Assembly: GCA_964016885.1 (NCBI GenBank)
Contig: OZ024746.1
Coordinates: forward strand, 17,794,001-17,858,000
Source: Eledone cirrhosa
Lineage: Eukaryota
Reading direction: 5' to 3'
DNA: 64,000 nt
This document shows, one piece after another, positions 12,571 to 23,806 of this stretch. The notes beneath the pieces are model-generated. The model saw only the letters and a list, made by a program, of their open reading frames with translations, was not told the DNA's origin and ran no database searches. A program made the translations under genes and the position numbers. The first letter of the stretch is position 1. Each line of letters starts with the position of its first letter.

Positions 12571-13366
12571 ACTTTTTGGTTAAATATAGGTGTAAAAAGG
12601 CCCTATGGGATGCATTTGATGAGAGAAATGATGAGCTAGATACATATTCTTATGTGACAACCTTTTGCGAACTACTGATGAGACTTTCTCCACCCCATTC
12701 TCACTCTGGCTCAGAATGTAAAGGACCATAACTAAATTTTGCAATCCATGTTGTTCGATGCTCAACTGATTCTCCCAATCCAAGAGTTAATAATGAGAAA
12801 GATTATATTACTAAATCTTTCTAAATTCCTGTTTATTTTCAAAATTATTTGAAAATCATAGGAAGTTGTTTTTCAATAGAAATATGGCAACAAAAGGATT
12901 AAAATATTTATATTTATCTAAAAACCTTCCATCACAATTTTATGTAGGAACATTTGCTAAGATATGTTCCAAACACCAGCTTCATCATCATCATCCTCAT
13001 TTTACATCTGCCATTCCCTGCTTGCAAGGGTGGGACAATAATAGCTTAATAATGAGAAAGTTATATTACTAAATCCCTCTAAATTCCATATTAGTTTTAA
13101 AATATTTCAAAATTATAGACAGTCTTTCATTAGAAATATAGTAATGAAGGTGTTAAAGTGTTTATTTATCTAAAAACCTTCCATCATAATTCAATGTAAG
13201 AACGTTTTTTAAGTTATGTTCTATTAGAAATATGGTAGCAAAAGGTTAAAGACAGACAGTGTCTTTCATTAGAACTATGGTAATGAAAGGATTAAAGTTT
13301 GTATTTTATTGGTAATCAATTATTGAAATAAAGTTGGTTTTTTTTTTGGTTTTTTTTCAATTTTAG

Positions 13367-13743
13367 ATTTGTCAAATTCTGAAATTACAGAAGAAATTCT
13401 AAAGAAATGTGGTGGATATGGTTTATTTCAAAGGAAGCTTACTGTCTTCATATTTATATATGTAGTAGCTGATGCCTTCTCATTCTTAACTATGGTGTTT
13501 TTAACGGAACAAATTCCATTTCGATGTTATCCTTCCAATTTTAATGAATCCCAGATCCCACCAAATATCAGCTTTGATGATTTCTTAAATAACATAACTG
13601 TTGAAGAAAGTCAATGTTCTGTGTATAACTTGGATGTAGGAGAAGAAGGATTTTATGTCCTTCCGACCAGAAACTCCACAAAAGAACCGTGTAATAATGG
13701 TCGAAAGTTCTACACCAAGGATCTGTCATCTATTGTGTCTGAG
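13367..13743 (+). CDS. SLC22 exon a (TM1 and large extracellular loop)
   Basis: ttttag acceptor, GAG|gtaagt donor; [21 protein letters not shown]. Confidence 0.9.
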
Positions 13744-16700
13744 GTAAGTAGACCTAATTTCTTCATTGTATAAAATTCTTACCAACCATATTTCTAATGA
13801 AAAACACTCTCTATGATGTTAACCCTTTCATTACCATATTTATAACAAAAGACACTGCTTATAATTTTCAAACCATTTTGAAAATAGTTAAGAACTTGGA
13901 AGGATTTGGCATTATAACTAATTTACTCATTTTTAAGCCAATGTTTAGAACATAACAAAAGTTCTTAAACAGAATTATCATGGAAGGTTTTTAGATAAAT
14001 ATCAACACTTTAACTCTTTCATTACTATATTTCTAATGAAAGACTGTCAACAATTTGGAACATAACAAAGATTCTTACATAGAATTATGATGAGAAGTTT
14101 TTAGATAAATATAAACACTTTAACTCTTTCATTTCCATATTTCTAATAGAACATAACCACATAACTTAACAAAAGTTCTTACATAAAATTATGATGGAAC
14201 GTTTTTAGGTAAATATAAACACTTTAACCCTTTTGTTATCATATTTCTAATAAAAGACACTATGGTTTTGAAATCATTTTGAAAATAATCAAGATTTTTG
14301 GAGGGATTTTAGTAGCATAACTTCCTTATCATTAAGTTGGTGTTTGGAGCATAACTTAACAAAGGTTCTTACATATGTATGTATGTATGACATATAACTA
14401 TGTATGTATATATGTATATATGTATGTATGTAACATACCTATGTATAAATGTATGTATATGTGTATATATATATATGCATGTTATATAACTATGTATGTA
14501 TGACATAATGTATATATGTATATGTGTGTGGTATAACTATATCATAACTTTGTATTCTGTTATTATATATATTCTAGTTTGATTTGGTTTGTGGCCGAGA
14601 ATGGATCAACACTATTGCCATTTCTGTGATGTTTGCAGGAACTCTAGTTGGAAACTTGATATTTGGTCCCATCTCTGATAAGTAAGTATTGTCAACAGGA
14701 ACCAAATATTTGGAACGATCTCTTATAAGTAGTGTTAATGAAATGTTTACTATTGTGAGGGTCACCTTCTTAAGGTCGGTCCTCACTACCTCATTCAGGG
14801 CTGGATTGATTGAGGGCGGGGTGAAGTTGGGGTGGAGGGATCAAATTCCCTGGGACCCCTTGTCAAATAGGGCGTCCTCTAGGAACAGCCAAGAGCCCCC
14901 ACCCCACACCACCACCTGAACTTTCCCATGCCTCCCAAGGTCTAAATATGACTCTAATCTCATTTCAAATCTTCCTGGCTCTATCTCATCTATGAGTACC
15001 AGATACTAAAATTTCTCTGCATTTCTTTGTCATTTTCCATACACATCTCATGTCTATACCAATGCAGTCTTTCCAATCCAATTTCTCTTAAACCAAGTTT
15101 TTCTTTGAGTTTGTTTATGCTACATTGTTCAAGCACATTGATTTTATACAACCATTGGAGCATAAATACTTTATTCATTTATAGCCTTCACAGGTCTTCT
15201 GCAGTCAAGGCTCATGTCTCACTGCCATGTAGCATTCGAGTTCGCACACATACATTTAATCATTCACTTTGTTGCTAGCAGAGCTTCAAACTCCCTAAAT
15301 TTCTTTCAGCCCATTCTTACACACTACACACACACACACATATATATATAGTTTATATGAAGTATCCTTAAATATGTGGTTAGGATTGTTTGATGAGACC
15401 CAGTGCAATGCAAGATAGAAGTAAAGGATTGAAAACTGAGTAACATAAAACAAACAAAGCAAAACAACAGTTTACACTTCTATCTAATATCTCATGATAT
15501 TTCAGGGTTATGATCTCTTTTTCAAAAAAAAAAAGAAAGAAACTTGGTATAACGATGGTGATGGGCTGAGCTGTTCTGTATAGATATTGGATCAGATGGT
15601 GGTGACATCTACAGACTGATATAATCATAATAGCTATTCAGCTTCATGAAATTCATCTCTACTGTTAAAGGAAAGACTTAATCTATTGTTGAGGATCATG
15701 ATCATCATCACTGTTTTATGTCTGTTTTCCATGCTGGCATGGGTTGGACAGGCTGTTGTGTCCTGAGACCAGACGGATTAAATAACATCTTTCTCATGTG
15801 TTTCATTTTGGCCTAGTTTCTATGGCTGGATTCCCTTCCTAACACTAACCACATTAAAGTGACATCAGAACTAAAACTTTACAGAGTGTAGAGGGTGCAT
15901 TTTATTGTGACACTATAACTACCTCTTTACAGGGTGTACTGGGTGTATTTTATTGTGACTCAATCACTACATCTTTACAACCACTTTACTGAGTGCACAA
16001 GGTATATTTTATCATGACTCTAGCACTACCTCTTTACAGAGTGCACTGGGTGTATTTTATCGTGACACCATCACTACCTCTTTACAGAGTGTACTGGGTG
16101 TATTTTATCATGACACCATCACTACCTCTTTACAGAGTGTACTGGGTGTATTTTATCATGACACCATCACTACCTCTTTACAGAGTGTACTGGGTGTATT
16201 TTATCGTGACACCATCACTACCACTTTAAAGAGTGTACTGGGTGCAGTTTTGATCAAATGTTATGTTTGATTTCTTTCTTTCTTTTTCTTTTTTATTTTT
16301 CAGATTTGGTCGATTTAAAACATTTTGTTTTTCAGAAATAGTCTTCATATGTTGCTCAATGACCAAAGTATCCTCACCAAATTATGTTGTATTTTTCATT
16401 ATATACTTCTTCGAAGGTTTCGGAAAATCATGCACTTATATAATTGCATTCACCATCTGTAAGTGTTTTTAATTTCTTTATATGGTAAGTTGGTAAGTTA
16501 GAGCTACAGAGGGGCACTACCAGTTCAAGACAAGTTCTACAGTCACAGAAAAGCCAACAGCCGAACCTATCTAAAATGAATGCAGGGTGATGAAACCATC
16601 CTGCATGCTTTTGCTTAGTGTCAGTACATTTCAGAAAAAAGAAGCTAATCACCAATGTTTCCTTTGGTCTTTCTATTGCTGATACTGTCCGTCAGTTACA

Positions 16701-17814
16701 ACTCCTAACAGAAGAAAGGAGCTGATCATCAGACCAGACCAAGGAAACAATGTTTCCTTTGGTCTTTCTATTGCTGATACTGTCCGTCAGTTACAACTCC
16801 TAACAGAAGAAAGGAGCTGATCATCAGACCAGACCAAGGAAACAATGTTTCCTTTGGTCTTTCTATTGCTGATACTGTCCGTCAGTTACAACTCCTAACA
16901 GAAGAAAGGAGCTGATCATCAGACCAGACCAAGGAAACAATGTTTCCTTTGGTCTTTCTATTGCTGATACTGTCCGTCAGTTACAACTCCTAACAGAAGA
17001 AAGGAGCTGATCATCAGACCAGACCAAGGAAACAATGTTTCCTTTGGTCTTTCTATTGCTGATACTGTCCGTCAGTTACAACTCCTAACAGAAGAAAGGA
17101 GCTGATCATCAGACCAGACCAAGGAAACAATGTTTCCTTTGGTCTTTCTATTGCTGATACTGTCCGTCAGTTACAACTCCTAACAGAAGAAAGGAGCTGA
17201 TCATCAGACCAGACCAAGGAAACAATGTTTCCATTGGTTTTTCTATTGCTGATACTATCTGTCAGTTACAACTCCTAACAAAAGGAGGTAAGATTTGAAC
17301 TTAGACTGCCCAGATCAGATCAGATACTGCAAATCATCTTGTCTGTCTCTTCAACAATTTTGGCAAACCCTTAATTACTCTTGGACAGGTATTTTATACA
17401 GTAATATTTATTGACCCTTGGAAGGATAAAAAACCCAATTAACTTCAGCAGGATTTGAACACAGAGTGCAGTGAGTCAGAACAAATACTAAGGCCTTTAA
17501 CTTCTTGCCTCCTAAATATGACTCTAGTCAACATTTAAACACCCTTGCTAATTCACGACCAAGAGTAAAAAAGTAAACAACATGAACTGAAACTTTCAAT
17601 ATGATACATGTTTCTACATTACAGTGCTAGAGTGTGTCTCCCAAGAATACAAATTGCCTTTGAATTTTGCTTTTCATGGATTCTTTGCCATTGGAGAAAT
17701 GCTTCTGGCTGGTGTGGCATACTTCATCCGGGATTGGAAATACCTACAGATTGCTACAACTTGTCCACATGTGCTGATTCTCATCATAGCACTGAAGTAG
17801 GTATATCTTTTAAT

Positions 17815-17853
<39 letters not shown>

Positions 17854-18800
17854 ATGTAGATTCCAAGTAAAAGCTTCTAATTCAATCAATCAGTGTTGTA
17901 TTATATATATATATATGTTCAATATGCAGAAAAGGAACTGGCATAAATTCTATAAAATGCACACAATGCAGATCCTGGGTACACAAGAGATGTAGCGGGA
18001 TAGCAGGCAAACTAGCAGGTAGGGAGAAATATGTATGCAGTAGATGTACAGGGAAATTAGACAGTAGAAGTCGCATTGATAGACACATTTTTCAAATGCA
18101 GGAGGGCGCTATAGAAGTGGTGGATAGCTTCCGGTACCTAGGAGATCAGATTAGCATGGGAGGAGGGTGTTCCGAGGCCATAGTATCTAGAATAAGGACG
18201 GGTTGGAAGAAGTTTAGGGAGCTGCTTCCTCTGTTGACGAAGAAGGGTTTCTCCCTGCGTACGAAAGGCCGATTGTATGATGCCTGTGTAAGAAGCGCGA
18301 TGCTGCATGGTAGTGAGACATGGGCAGCAACTGCAGAGGATATGTGACGGCTGGAGAGAAATGAGGCAAGCATGCTCCGTTGGATGTGCAGTGTAAATGT
18401 GCGTGAACGACCCAGCATAAATGTGTTGAGAGAGAAACTGTGTCTGAGAGGGATAGAATGTAGTGTACGGGAGAGGAGACTGAGGTGGTATGGACATGTG
18501 ATGCGCATGGTTGAAGAAGTGCCAGGAAATGCCAGTTGAAGGAAGACGTGGTAGAGGTAGACCACAAAAAACATGGGCGGAGGTGGTGAGAACAGACCTC
18601 AGATCATTGAAGCTCACGGTGGAGATGACGAAGGACCGTGACGAGTGGAGAGATGCTGTGCTGAATAAGACCCGTCCCACCCTTGCAAGCAGGGAAAAGC
18701 GGACGTAAAATGATGATGATGATATATAAGTTAAAACAATGAAATAAAAAATCAAGTCATTAGAGATATACACAACTTACAGTGGATACCTCTGTGTATA

Positions 18801-18838
<38 letters not shown>

Positions 18839-21800
18839 ATATTTGGGGAGGGTATATTGTTATAATATTGCCAGAAATAATAATAAAACACACTCACTGT
18901 TTGGTTTGGATTGGTTTTTTCGCTTCTGTATCCTTTATATCTCCATAGTTAATTTATCTGGCAATGAATGTTTATCATTGAATGACCAACAGTGAAAAAT
19001 ACAGATATACATATATATATAATGGAGGCACATGGCTTAGTGGTTAGAGCATTGGCCTTGCAATCGAAAGGTTGTGAGTTCAATTCTCAGACCGGGTGAT
19101 GTGTTGTTTCCTTGAGCAAGACACTTTATTTCACATTGCTCCAGTTTACTCAGCTGTAGAAATGAGATGATAGGGACTGGGGTCCCTATCATTCCACTGC
19201 AAAGTGGTCGTGGAGGTGCCACGGCAAATAAGCACCCAGCACTCACTGTAAATGAGGTTGGTGTTAGGAAGGGCATCTAGCTGTAGAAATCAAGCCAGAA
19301 TTAGTCCCCGTCCCACCCTTGCAAGCAGGGAAAAGTGGACGTATGATGATGATGATGATGATATATTGTTAATGTGTTTTTTTATTTGTTTATTTACTTG
19401 GCAGATATCTTCCTGAATCTCCCAGATGGCTTTTTAATACAAAGAAATTTGGGGAAGCCAAAAAGTTATTTAACAAAATAACAACAACAAATAACAATGG
19501 CAGTGATGATTCAGTGGTGAGATTTCTTAGAAAACTTGAAAGTGAAGCTGAAGATAAGTCAAATCTTGTACTTAGTAAAACTCCTTCAAATAAACAAACA
19601 ATTGAAAGCAAGATTTACACAGCTATTGATATGTTGAGAAAACCTCGAAGAGCAGTGATTTCTGTGACCATTTGGATTAACTGGTAAATATTTTATGCTG
19701 TTAAAAATTGATTGTAGAAATTGTAAATATTTGTAGCAAAATCACACATTAGCTAGATTGTTATTAACAAAACTGCAACTATGTTCATATTGTATGCTCT
19801 GGCATATTAATATTCATTTGGGACCCCATGGCAACTTGCACCTGGGGTTGTATACCCCATTCACCCACATTATTCAGTCTCCTATCATTGAGAGTAGTGA
19901 TGATTAAGTATTCTTTTTCATGTTTTATAAATCTTTTCATTATTTCTTGAATGGATTATAAGCAGGCCAGTCATTAACAGACTATATATAAACACATACA
20001 AACAACATTAAAAGGAAGGGGTTAGCTATTAAATATGGTTTCTTAATCAATATCTTTTTAATACAACAATTGTTATTGCAAATTAGTCTATAGTGAAGGT
20101 GCAAGGCTTAGTTGTTAAAGAATTAGATTAGCAATCACAAGGTTGCGAGTTCAATTCCAAAATTGGGTGATATGTTATATCCTTGGGCAAGATACTTTAT
20201 TTAACATTGCTCTTTCTGCCAAGGGCTACAACAGATAAATAGTATCAGCAATGGAAAGACCAATGGAAACATTATTTTGACAAGTTCCACCCCACTCAGT
20301 AAGTAAGTGAGATATGGGATCTTGTTGATTTATTCCTAGTCTATATTTATCTTTAATACAACCATTTTTATTACAGGTTTGTCAACGGTATGTTGTACTT
20401 TGGAATAACATTAAACTCTGTTGATATGTCTGGGAATCGCTACCTAAACTTCTTTTTGATGACAACAATAGAAATTCCAGCCAATATTCTTGGATTTTAC
20501 TGCTACCATTGGTTTGGTCATCGTAAACCATTGTGTTTCTTCATGATATTTGCAGGAATAAACTGTATAGTCTCAAATTTTGTTTCAAAAGGTAAATAAT
20601 GTGTGATTCTTACTACTACAGTATTTGTGAGGACATATCATTTCAAAATGAGACATTGCCAATTCAAAGTGAGATTAAGGATTTCAAAATGAGCCTTTAC
20701 AATTTAAAAGTGAGAATAGGGATTTCAAAATGAGATTAACAGAAAAAGATTTGACTATAATATTTTGAAAGATGAAAGGAAACATGAAATAACATTGTAA
20801 CATCTTTTGTAATGTTAATAATACAAACTTGCTGGTTAAATATAAGTTTTTATCAGCCAAGTAATGAGGTGAGAAATTTACCATGTGTAAATACAGCAAT
20901 GTACTAGGTGATACCAGCCCTAGAGAGGTTGTCAGGTGATTGACAAAACCAGATGATCTTTTCTATCACATGTTGGCTTGGTTCATTTTTCAGCCAACCC
21001 TGTCAACTGCATGATGAAAATGGTCCTAAAAACAGTCCTCTCCATTTCATGCAGCCTCATCACATTTACATTTAACATTGCTGTACCTGTACTGGTGAGC
21101 AGATCTTTTCACCACTGTGAGTCTCCAGTTGTCATGACCCTGTGTTATTTCACTATACTTGAACTGGTGAGCAGGTCTTTTCTATCACAGAGTCTCCAGA
21201 TGTCATGACCCTCTGTTATTTCCTTTTTGAGATTCAGTTTCTTGGGAGTCATTCTTCACAACTTCATCCCATATCTTCCTCGGTCCCCCACTTCCACAAA
21301 TTCCATCTACTTTAAGTAATCAGCCACTTCTTTATACAGCTCGCTCTCTCCCTCCTTATGGTGGTTGTTCCCATGAGGCTGGAGCAACCAGATAACCAGA
21401 TGACTCTCCTTATGCATCACATGTTTATACCATTTCATTATCTACAAAATATTTTTCAGCTAACTATTGGATTCCTCTGATATTAACCATTCTTGGGAAG
21501 CTGGGTGCCACAGTCGCAATAGATGCTATTTACCTGACATCTATAGAGCTCTTCCCTACAGTAGTACGGTAGGTGTGTTTTGGTCACTCTTCTAATCATT
21601 ATATCCATTTACAACAGAGCACAAAAAATCATAAACATATTTCAAATGATGTTTCATAATATTTAAAGTTGTGAATAGGTTGGGTTGTTCGAATATAAAA
21701 TAGAATAGTTTGTGGTATTGGTTATGGTTCTGTATGATTCGAGTTCAAATCATGGTCAACTTTGCTTTTCTTCCTTTTGAGATTGATAAGAAAGTATCTG

Positions 21801-22359
21801 TCCAGAACTGGGGCCAATTCATTCTCTCTCTCTCTCTCCCTCTCTTTATATATACACTAACTTCAAAGTGCTATATTTTTCCACACTATCTCCCCGTTGC
21901 TATAGGGGTCGCCCTAACTCCATATTTACATACAGTGTCACTGAAGCTCCCCAAGTCCATATTGTGTCACTCTAGCTCTGCAGTGCCTTAATACGGCACT
22001 CTAGCTCCGAAGTGCCATAGTGCGCCACTCTAGCTCTGAAGTGCCAAAGAGCGGCACCCTAGCTCCGAAGTGCTGTATTTTGCCACCCTATCTCCCCATT
22101 GCCATACTGCGACACCCTAGCTCCATATTTCCATACTCTGTCACTGAAACTCCCTAGTTCCATAGTATGTCACCCTAGACCGCAGTGTCATAGTGCGGCA
22201 CCCTAGCTCCGAAGTGCTGTATTTTGCAATTAGTCCTGTAGAAGCCATTTCTATATTATATATAAGGGAAAAGCGGACGTAAAATGATGATGATGATGAT
22301 ATATATATACATATACATATATATATATATACATACATATATATATATATACATACATA

Positions 22360-22409
<50 letters not shown>

Positions 22410-22410
22410 C

Positions 22411-22467
<57 letters not shown>

Positions 22468-23005
22468 TATAGATATATATAAATAAATATACACAGGTGT
22501 GTATGATTGTGTATAGAAGATTATATTAATAAAAGGAATTCCAAATTTGTCTGATTTACTCGTTTTATTTACAATCCTTTAAAATTATAATGATATTATA
22601 ATGAAATAGTATGGTAGAATTTTAAATGTTAAGTGTTAATTGAACAAGTACTTTCATGCTTTCGCAATCTTCAGGTTCATATTCAGTGGTGACAGTCAAG
22701 TTTGCAATTATGAATACATATATATATATATATATATATATACATACATACATACATATTATATGCATATATATAATTTTTTTTTTTTTCATTTCAGCAA
22801 CAGTGGTTTGGGAGTAGGTGCATCATTTAATGAGGCAGGGGCTCTGCTTTCACCAATAATTCTTGGACTTACTGTATATGGTTCCTGGATACCTCTCAGT
22901 GTCTATGGAATAATGGCAATCATTGCTGGAACTGTCGTTATTACATTTCCAGAAATGAAGGATTCTTCTTTGCTCCAAACCCTCGTAGACATGGATAACT
23001 TATAG
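13367..23005 (+). CDS. SLC22-family (Orct/OCT-like) MFS organic ion transporter; 8 visible coding exons, ~539 aa; start-codon exon not found
   Basis: GT-AG exons join in frame; motifs [58 protein letters not shown]; exon sizes 104/155/172/215/109 are typical of SLC22 genes. Confidence 0.93.
14578..14681 (+). CDS. SLC22 exon b (104 bp)
   Basis: ctag|[17 protein letters not shown]|gtaagt. Confidence 0.92.
14940..15320 (-). mobile_element. Degenerate RTE 3' fragment in an SLC22 intron
   Basis: [20 protein letters not shown] on the minus strand; similar to the 17916-18722 copy. Confidence 0.65.
15875..16245. repeat. 48-bp minisatellite derived from a SINE/RTE-tail module
   Basis: Unit actacctctttacagagtgtactgggtgtattttatcatgacaccatc; related arrays at 40745-40960 and 43805-44062. 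Confidence 0.85.
16304..16458 (+). CDS. SLC22 exon c (155 bp)
   Basis: tttcag|FGRFKTF..IIAFTI|gtaagt. Confidence 0.92.
16653..17283. repeat. 95-bp tandem array, ~6.6 near-identical copies
   Basis: caatgtttcc recurs at 16653, 16748, 16843, 16938, 17033, 17128 and 17223. Confidence 0.95.
17625..17796 (+). CDS. SLC22 exon d (172 bp)
   Basis: acag|[22 protein letters not shown]|gtaggt. Confidence 0.9.
17916..18722 (+). mobile_element. 5'-truncated RTE-clade LINE with a PHD finger inside the RT and a (GAT)n tail
   Basis: [20 protein letters not shown] in frame with [35 protein letters not shown]; GRGRPQKTW; ends cggacgtaaaatgatgatgat. Confidence 0.9.
19024..19361 (+). mobile_element. tRNA-derived CORE-like SINE with an RTE-derived 3' tail
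   Basis: A box TGGCTTAGTGG, B box GAGTTCAATTC, ccttgagcaagacacttta core; 3' cccgtcccacccttgcaagcagggaaaag..gatgatgat shared with the RTE at 18670-18722. Confidence 0.85.
19405..19683 (+). CDS. SLC22 exon e (279 bp)
   Basis: gcag|[21 protein letters not shown]|gtaaat. Confidence 0.9.
20377..20591 (+). CDS. SLC22 exon f (215 bp)
   Basis: ttacag|[30 protein letters not shown]|gtaaat. Confidence 0.92.
21460..21568 (+). CDS. SLC22 exon g (109 bp)
   Basis: tttcag|[23 protein letters not shown]|gtaggt. Confidence 0.92.
21960..22225. repeat. ~30-bp minisatellite
   Basis: Repeated ctagctccgaagtgccatagtgcggcac-like units. Confidence 0.75.
22641..22679 (-). ncRNA. Minimal type I hammerhead motif, antisense within the last SLC22 intron
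   Basis: Reverse strand: tgaac-CTGAAGA-ttgc-GAAA-gcat-GAAA-GTAC-TT-gttca. Confidence 0.6.
22798..23005 (+). CDS. SLC22 terminal exon
   Basis: tttcag|[35 protein letters not shown]. Confidence 0.92.
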
Positions 23006-23806
23006 ATGCTAAATTATTGTACAAAATATTGAACTTCAATAGGAATGTAGTGTGAAATATTTGACATTCAATTTACATATATATTTTGTCTTTTTTACAT
23101 TATTTTATTCATATACTGCTTTCTGTCATTAAGTTGAGGCCATACTGGAGCACTGAATTAAAGTAATTTTGTCTATCATATCTGCATCACTTCATATTTT
23201 TCAAAGTCTAGTATTTATTTATAATGATTGTTTTTTGTCAAACAACTAAGTTACAGGACTTAAACACTGATACAGACATGGACACATGCACATCATTGTC
23301 ATTTCACATTCATTTTTCATACTTGCATGATGTTAGATGGGTTGTCATGTTCTGGGGCTAGACAGACAGGTCAGATGACTGTCTTGCTCATACATTCCAT
23401 TTAAATGTGGTTTCTATGGTTAGATGTTCTTCCTAATGCCAACCACTTCACACCATGTACCAAGTTCATCTTCTCATGGCACTAGCACTCCCACCTTACA
23501 GTGTGCACTAGGTGCTTTTTTAGTGGTGCCAACATTACCACTTTACAGTGTATTAGATACATTTTTGTGACACCAGCACTAAACAGAGACATACATATAT
23601 ATAAAGACTCAAATCAGTAGAGCATCTGACAATATGCTTTATGGTATTTAGTTAAGAAATATATTCAAGTATATAGAGTTAAAAACATTCTTTCGTTTTG
23701 CCATTCATATTTTACTGTACCTTAGTTCCATATTTGTATTTCCTACATGCAGTACACCAGCTTTACCTATACTTTCTAATTATTTTAGTTTTGAAGGATT
23801 TTTTTA

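Noticed and set aside
16653-17283. CRISPR-like array (palindromic repeat at regular spacing)
   Set aside because: The intervening sequences are identical rather than unique spacers, there are no cas genes, and it lies in a eukaryotic intron
19024-19100. tRNA gene (also 42665, 20095, 47877)
   Set aside because: A and B boxes are present but continue into SINE core and tail sequence; these are multi-copy SINE heads
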